Shown here in pieces: positions 56,624 through 64,000 of a DNA stretch of 64,000 bases. The position numbers and the translations under genes are program-made. The stretch is from Auanema rhodensis. Lineage: Eukaryota > Animalia > Nematoda. The stretch covers positions 13,144,001 through 13,208,000 of the forward strand of contig OZ059898.1 of the NCBI GenBank assembly GCA_964057225.1. The letters are read 5' to 3'. The number at the start of each line of letters is the position of its first letter. Position 1 is the stretch's first letter. The notes beneath the pieces are model-generated. The model worked only from the letters and a program-made list of their open reading frames with translations, had not been told where the DNA came from and ran no database searches.

Positions 56624-58158
56624 ATGAAACTGCTTAAAGGTGTTTCACTCACTAAATGGCTCGTAGCCTACTTTTGTGCTTTTGGCTTACTAGCCATAGC
56701 TGTTCATCGACCACTACCTGAAGGTTTTACAAAAACAAAACTTGATAGATTTGTAATGCATGTTGTTGAGCCTGCTCTACGAGTTACATATTACTGGCCT
56801 GTAAGCTGTTCCTTTTTTTTGATTTTTTACTTTTTTTCTTGTAGAGTAGACTGTTCTTTTCTTCTACATCTGGAATGGTATGGTGGACAAGACTTGTTTT
56901 GAACAATCTTGCTCTGTTTGTTGGACCAATTTGGAATTATGACGAACAACTTATCATGGAAACTACTAATTGGCATGGTGTTGATGTCAGAGTTTATTCT
57001 CCTCGCCGAAACGCTAGCTCCAGAGGTGCTGTAGTGTTTATCCACGGTGGAGGATTTGCTCTTGGAAACATCGTTATGTACGAGTCATTGACCCGTCGAA
57101 TTGCTAAAATGTTTGTTTTGTTTATTTCTATTATTCTTCACCTATCTGTGTAATTACAGGCTAAACTCTGTCGTTATTTCTGTTGAGTATCGACTCTCTC
57201 CCGAAACACCATATCCAGGTGGAATTAGCGATTGTGAAAACGTTTTGGAATATTTCTTGAGCATTGCTGAAGAAAAGTTCGACGTTGATCCCTCAAAGGT
57301 ATGTCTTCGTCTTGTTAAATCATAAACAGTTCCTATTAAAGGTTGTAATTATGGGAGATTCTGCTGGTGGAAACTTGGCTGCTGTTATCACTCAACGCCG
57401 TAGGGAGCAGAAGAAAGTTCCTGAAATCGCCGGACAAGTTCTCCTGTATCCTCTTTTGCAAATGGCTGATTTGCAATCCGTTTCTTACCGCTACTACCAA
57501 AAACACCTTGAGGGTTTCGCATTAGTTGGTAACTATACATATTGAAAGTTCGATTTCATTTATTTTCTTGTAGACCCTGAATCCGTTGTTCTCTACTACA
57601 TGTTTTACGCTGGAATTGATATGGATAAGCATCGTGATTTAGCAAAGTATGTTCTCACAAATGGTCATGTTGCTCCAAAGGATAGACCATATATTAATAA
57701 GGTGAATTGAGCTTAAATATATTATAATACATTTCTTGTTCAGGTTTTGAATTACACAACCTTTTCTGAGATGAACTACGCTAATGATGTGTTACCTGAT
57801 CGTGCTCCTATTCAAGAACATCCTCTCTTGCAAGAACTCATGGCTCCCTGGTTAACAAACCCAGAATTTTCACCACTGATGCGCGAAGTAAGATTGTTTT
57901 TCCGAACTCTTTTACTGTGAATATTCTTAGGACTTATCTGGATTACCAAAAGCCTTCGTTATGACATGTAACTTTGATGTTCTAAGAGACGAAGGAATTA
58001 TGTATGCCAAGAGATTAGAGAGAGCCGGAGTTCCTGTTGAATTACATAATTATGAGAACGGATTTCATGCCATGCTAAACTTCCACAGGGAAGTAGAAGA
58101 AGCTTCAAAAGCATTAACAGACGTAGTTGATTGGACCCTTGCTGTCCTAAAATCCTAA
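56624..58158 (+). CDS. Arylacetamide deacetylase / neutral cholesterol ester hydrolase (HSL-family alpha/beta hydrolase)
   Basis: [27 protein letters not shown] and GFHA motifs, with an N-terminal membrane anchor. Confidence 0.92.
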
Positions 58159-58538
58159 CATACTGCAAGTTTGTTAGAATAATCTTCTAGTCAGTCCGTT
58201 TTTTTGGATTTTTAATTTTTTTTATTCTTTTATATACTTATACATGCGATTTGTAATTTAAATTTTAAAAGATATTATAGGAGTGGAAACCCTCGTTTCA
58301 TCTAAATTAACTTTTGTCTTTAAATGGCAATATAATGCATATAATTTTGTTTTCATAGCTTTAAGCTCAATACGTATCCATGATTGTATTGATTCTGTAA
58401 GATTTCACACATATTTGCCATGAAATGAAGCAGTTCTACATACTTTTTCAGTTTTTTTTATTTGTTTCGTTTATTCGATCACACAATATTTGTTCTATCT
58501 TTCATAGTATTAAGTAAGAGAATCATTAGTTACTTGAG

Positions 58539-59251
58539 ATGCCAGATTTCGATACATCGGTTAATTTTACTACTCCAGATGGAGGAGGTAAAACGGTATA
58601 CATACTAAAGTGTTAGGTATATTTGATTTCGAGGTTTTTAAGGTTACTAGACCTATGGCGGAGCTGTCGTTAATGGTGAAGCGAATGGTCGAATTATACG
58701 GGGAAGATACACCCTTAACTGAAGCTATACCTTTGCTTAAGCTTAATTCAGCAACTTTGAATTGCTTGGGTATGATTCTATTTGTTGCTAGAATTTTTAT
58801 AAAAATGTTTAGTGGATTGGATGCGTCGCAAAGCTGCGAACATCAGTCCGCCCAATAGTGGAAGATCCAGAGAAAGCCATCATATTAGTGACGCGCGTTA
58901 TGATGGAGTGGTAGAACTCTGGTTTAGTGTTAAACTGATGCAACATTTTTCCAGGATACACGACTCACTGAATGGGAACGAACGTTCTTCATCAACTTGC
59001 CCAGGAAACAACTTTTCCAACTTCTGAATGCTGCCAATTATATGGAGATTCCTTCTCTCATACAGTCTGGTTCTCATTTTATCTCTGAAAGAATTGCTGT
59101 AAGTTTAAGAATATGGATATGCTATTGAAGAATTTGTTAATTTTAGGGGTTGGACCTTGATCAGATAAGAACTTATATGAATATTGAAAGAGACTTTACA
59201 CCTGAAGAAGAAGATGTGTTAAAGAATCAGTATGACTGGTTGGAGACATAA
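58539..59251 (+). CDS. Divergent SKP1-related protein
   Basis: TPDG..VTRPMAELSLMVKRM..IPLLKLNSATLNCLVDW..WERTFF..LFQLLNAANYMEIPSL..IRTYMNIERDFTPEEE. Confidence 0.85.
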
Positions 59252-59420
59252 GTAGTAATGTGCCAATCGTAGGATTTTGTTTTCTTCCGAGTGCAATCCA
59301 TACATGTTCTTAAAACTAACAATTTGATACTTATACCATACTGATAGATCTCTTTCATTAAATATTTTTATTCGAAATGGCAGTAAAGATGCTGAATAAC
59401 ATACACGTATTCAAGTTAAC

Positions 59421-61742
<2,322 letters not shown>

Positions 61743-62727
61743 CCTCAATGAGACTAAACATAAAAATAAAAATAAAAAGTTAAGTGATATTGTATGAACG
61801 CTACAAGAAAAAATAACGAAATTAACGAAAACGGAATAGAGTCAGCCGGCTAGCCTTGCTGCTTTGCTCTTAAATACGCTGTAACTAGGACATGAGAAAA
61901 GGAAAAGAAACATGTTGTGTCTTGAGCTAATTACTTGGAATTCAAGGGCATTTTTTAGGAAGGCTTAGCTGTTATTGCGAGAAAAAATTATCTCAACTAT
62001 GCAACTCGTGACTGAATAAAGAAAGTTTAAATCTTCCGTTAAACTGACATAAGGAATGGCTTTTATAGGATCAGGACTTTGAATTGACAGTCAAAAGTCG
62101 CAGATCTAAATACAAACAGATGTCAGATGATTTGAAGGGTCAAAGCTGCACAACCAACTCACGCTCTCATGAACGCTTCCTATTCTCTTCATTTTCTTTT
62201 AATGAACACTTAAAAAAAGGAGTTAAGAAATTATATGCTAAACAACAAAAACTTTGTATTAAAAGATCAAAGAACTATGCGGGATCTTCTTATTGCGTAC
62301 GATGAGATAATTCTTTTAAAACAGATTGCAGATTAAATTTTGAAATTTTATGGTAAAGCATTTATACATTAACATAAACTTCTATAGCAAAACTATTGAA
62401 AAGAAAAACAAACAACAACTTTGGTATCGAGATAACTGAAGGACTCACATTGAAAGTACACTAACAATACTGAAAATAAAATTTTGCATTAAATTCACAA
62501 CAATAATACCTCATGGGGTAAAAACAAGAGCTATAAAAGATTTGGAGTATACGAAAAATATATCTGCGGGATATAATCACATAAATCCAGGTCATACTTT
62601 GATTGAGAAATTGGAAGATAACTCTTGAAAGGATAGAAGAGAACTTTTTCTTTTGTTTTACAAAATTATGAACAAATTGGAGGAATAACACGTAGTGTTT
62701 ACAATTTTATGGAAAATACTTATAAAA

Positions 62728-63422
62728 TTAATGAAGGTTGTGTTTTCTTTTGTATTCCTTCAATATGCCTCGGTCAAAAATGGGTGTGATCATTTTCAAT
62801 CCGGCACTATCATAACCCTCATCCACACCGTTTATAAAGTCACTTTCAACTTGCTCTGTGCAAAATGTGTATCCAATCCATCGTACTGCATAATGCCTAA
62901 CTCCGTCAACATATCGATGAGAGAAGATATCTTCTACGACATAGCATCTTCCTGTTAAATGTGGTAATTTAGCTGAAATATAGAATTTCATGTTTACCAA
63001 ATCCTGGAGCCAAATATTGGAAATCCCAAAAATGTCGGACATCTAGACCAACAACAGACTGATATTCTTTCAAAGACTTAGGTATCAAGGTCTAGAAGTT
63101 GATGAGTTTCTCGGTTGACAGCTGTTGATGGTTTAGGACTTACAGATACGAGTTCTTCGGGAATATTTTGTTGGACAATTCCTTCTCGATCGAATACGCA
63201 AGTGTATTCCATGTTTCCGTAAGCATCTTCTTGATGACCGACAATCCCAAAAACCTAGAAGTAAAAGTTAACTTTGCTAAAGATTTCAGAAATAATTCGC
63301 TATGTTGCCATTTACATAAAAAAAATGTTTTTAGAATAAGAATATTATTTGGTTTGAATTTGAATTAATAAATAAATAATACCTATAAAACAATTTTTAC
63401 GTCTTACCTGAGGAGGCTCCAT
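62728..63422 (-). CDS. Small chromodomain protein (~150 aa, 4 exons)
   Basis: ATG 63422 MEPPQ|VFGIVGHQ.. with canonical introns; C-terminal YVVEDIFSHRYVDGVRHYAVRWIGY..E.ESDF chromodomain. Confidence 0.75.
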
Positions 63423-63799
63423 GATGCTATATTAATGTTAAGACTGACAGATAACTAAAACAGAAATAGCTATTATGAAATATTTTATTAATCAAGCTGC
63501 CAAGGCGGTAAATTTTTAAATTTTTAAATTTTACATCAAAATTTTTTTTTTTTTAATGTGAAATCATGGAAAGTACACGTTTGGATTACATGCTTAACGT
63601 GACTACGTGAAAGTGCAAAGTCAGTTCACGTAACGCAACTAGGATAGTTGTATTATCATGAAGCAATTAAGATAGCAATTAATGCTTTGAATGAAATTAA
63701 TAAAATTAACTAAAGGTAAACAACTAAAATATAAAATAATCATCCTATGTAAATTCTTCGGTAATCCGCTAGAATCAGCAAAAGGATTAAATAACGAAG

Positions 63800-64000
63800 A
63801 TCTACGTACAAGACAAGCAGGATTTCCACTGTGGGAAAAAGGCATTTTTTTCCGAAACAGTGAGATATTGGTGATTACAGCGAGCGATCACAATCACTTT
63901 TGGCCGAATAACTGATCCATACGGCTTTTTAATGAATAAATTCTTAAATACATTCAAAAAACCAACAACACCAGTTAACAAACGGCCTGGCCCGCTCTTT
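63800..64000 (-). other. Possible 3' end of a further minus-strand gene entering from beyond the window
   Basis: Frame is open from the window edge (KSGPGRLLTG...CLSCT*), with plausible splice sites but no recognisable motif. Confidence 0.25.

Noticed and set aside
58560-58578. Apparent tiny or non-canonical intron in the SKP1-like gene
   Set aside because: The sequence reads through in frame (TSVNFTTPDGGGKT); no intron is needed.

Overview
AT-rich eukaryotic DNA with many ~45-55 nt introns, TTTTCAG acceptors/trans-splice sites and operon-like gene spacing, consistent with a rhabditid nematode. Several genes have C. elegans orthologues that I recall as X-linked. About 15 spliced genes can be built by hand: a MIG-18-like secreted repeat protein (partial), a TTR/DUF870-like protein, a CK1/TTBK kinase, a large SOGA/MTCL-like coiled-coil protein, an Expansion/Rebuf-type MH2 protein, an UNC-93-like MFS protein, an orphan gene, rme-6, a UBXN7-like protein, ife-4, TM9SF1, an NCEH1-like esterase, a SKP1-like protein, hex-1 and a small chromodomain protein. 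The standout is the 3' end of the MH2 gene. Its last two exons (33342-33521 and 33567-34352, 966 spliced nt) contain no stop codon in any of the three forward frames. The intron just upstream holds cassette microexons of 25, 34 and 33 nt, flanked by GCATG/ACTAAC splicing-regulator motifs, whose combinations feed the ribosome into each of the three frames. This looks like a splice-switched, triple-coded C-terminus giving three unrelated ~320-345 aa tails. All gene models are manual and have no transcript support.
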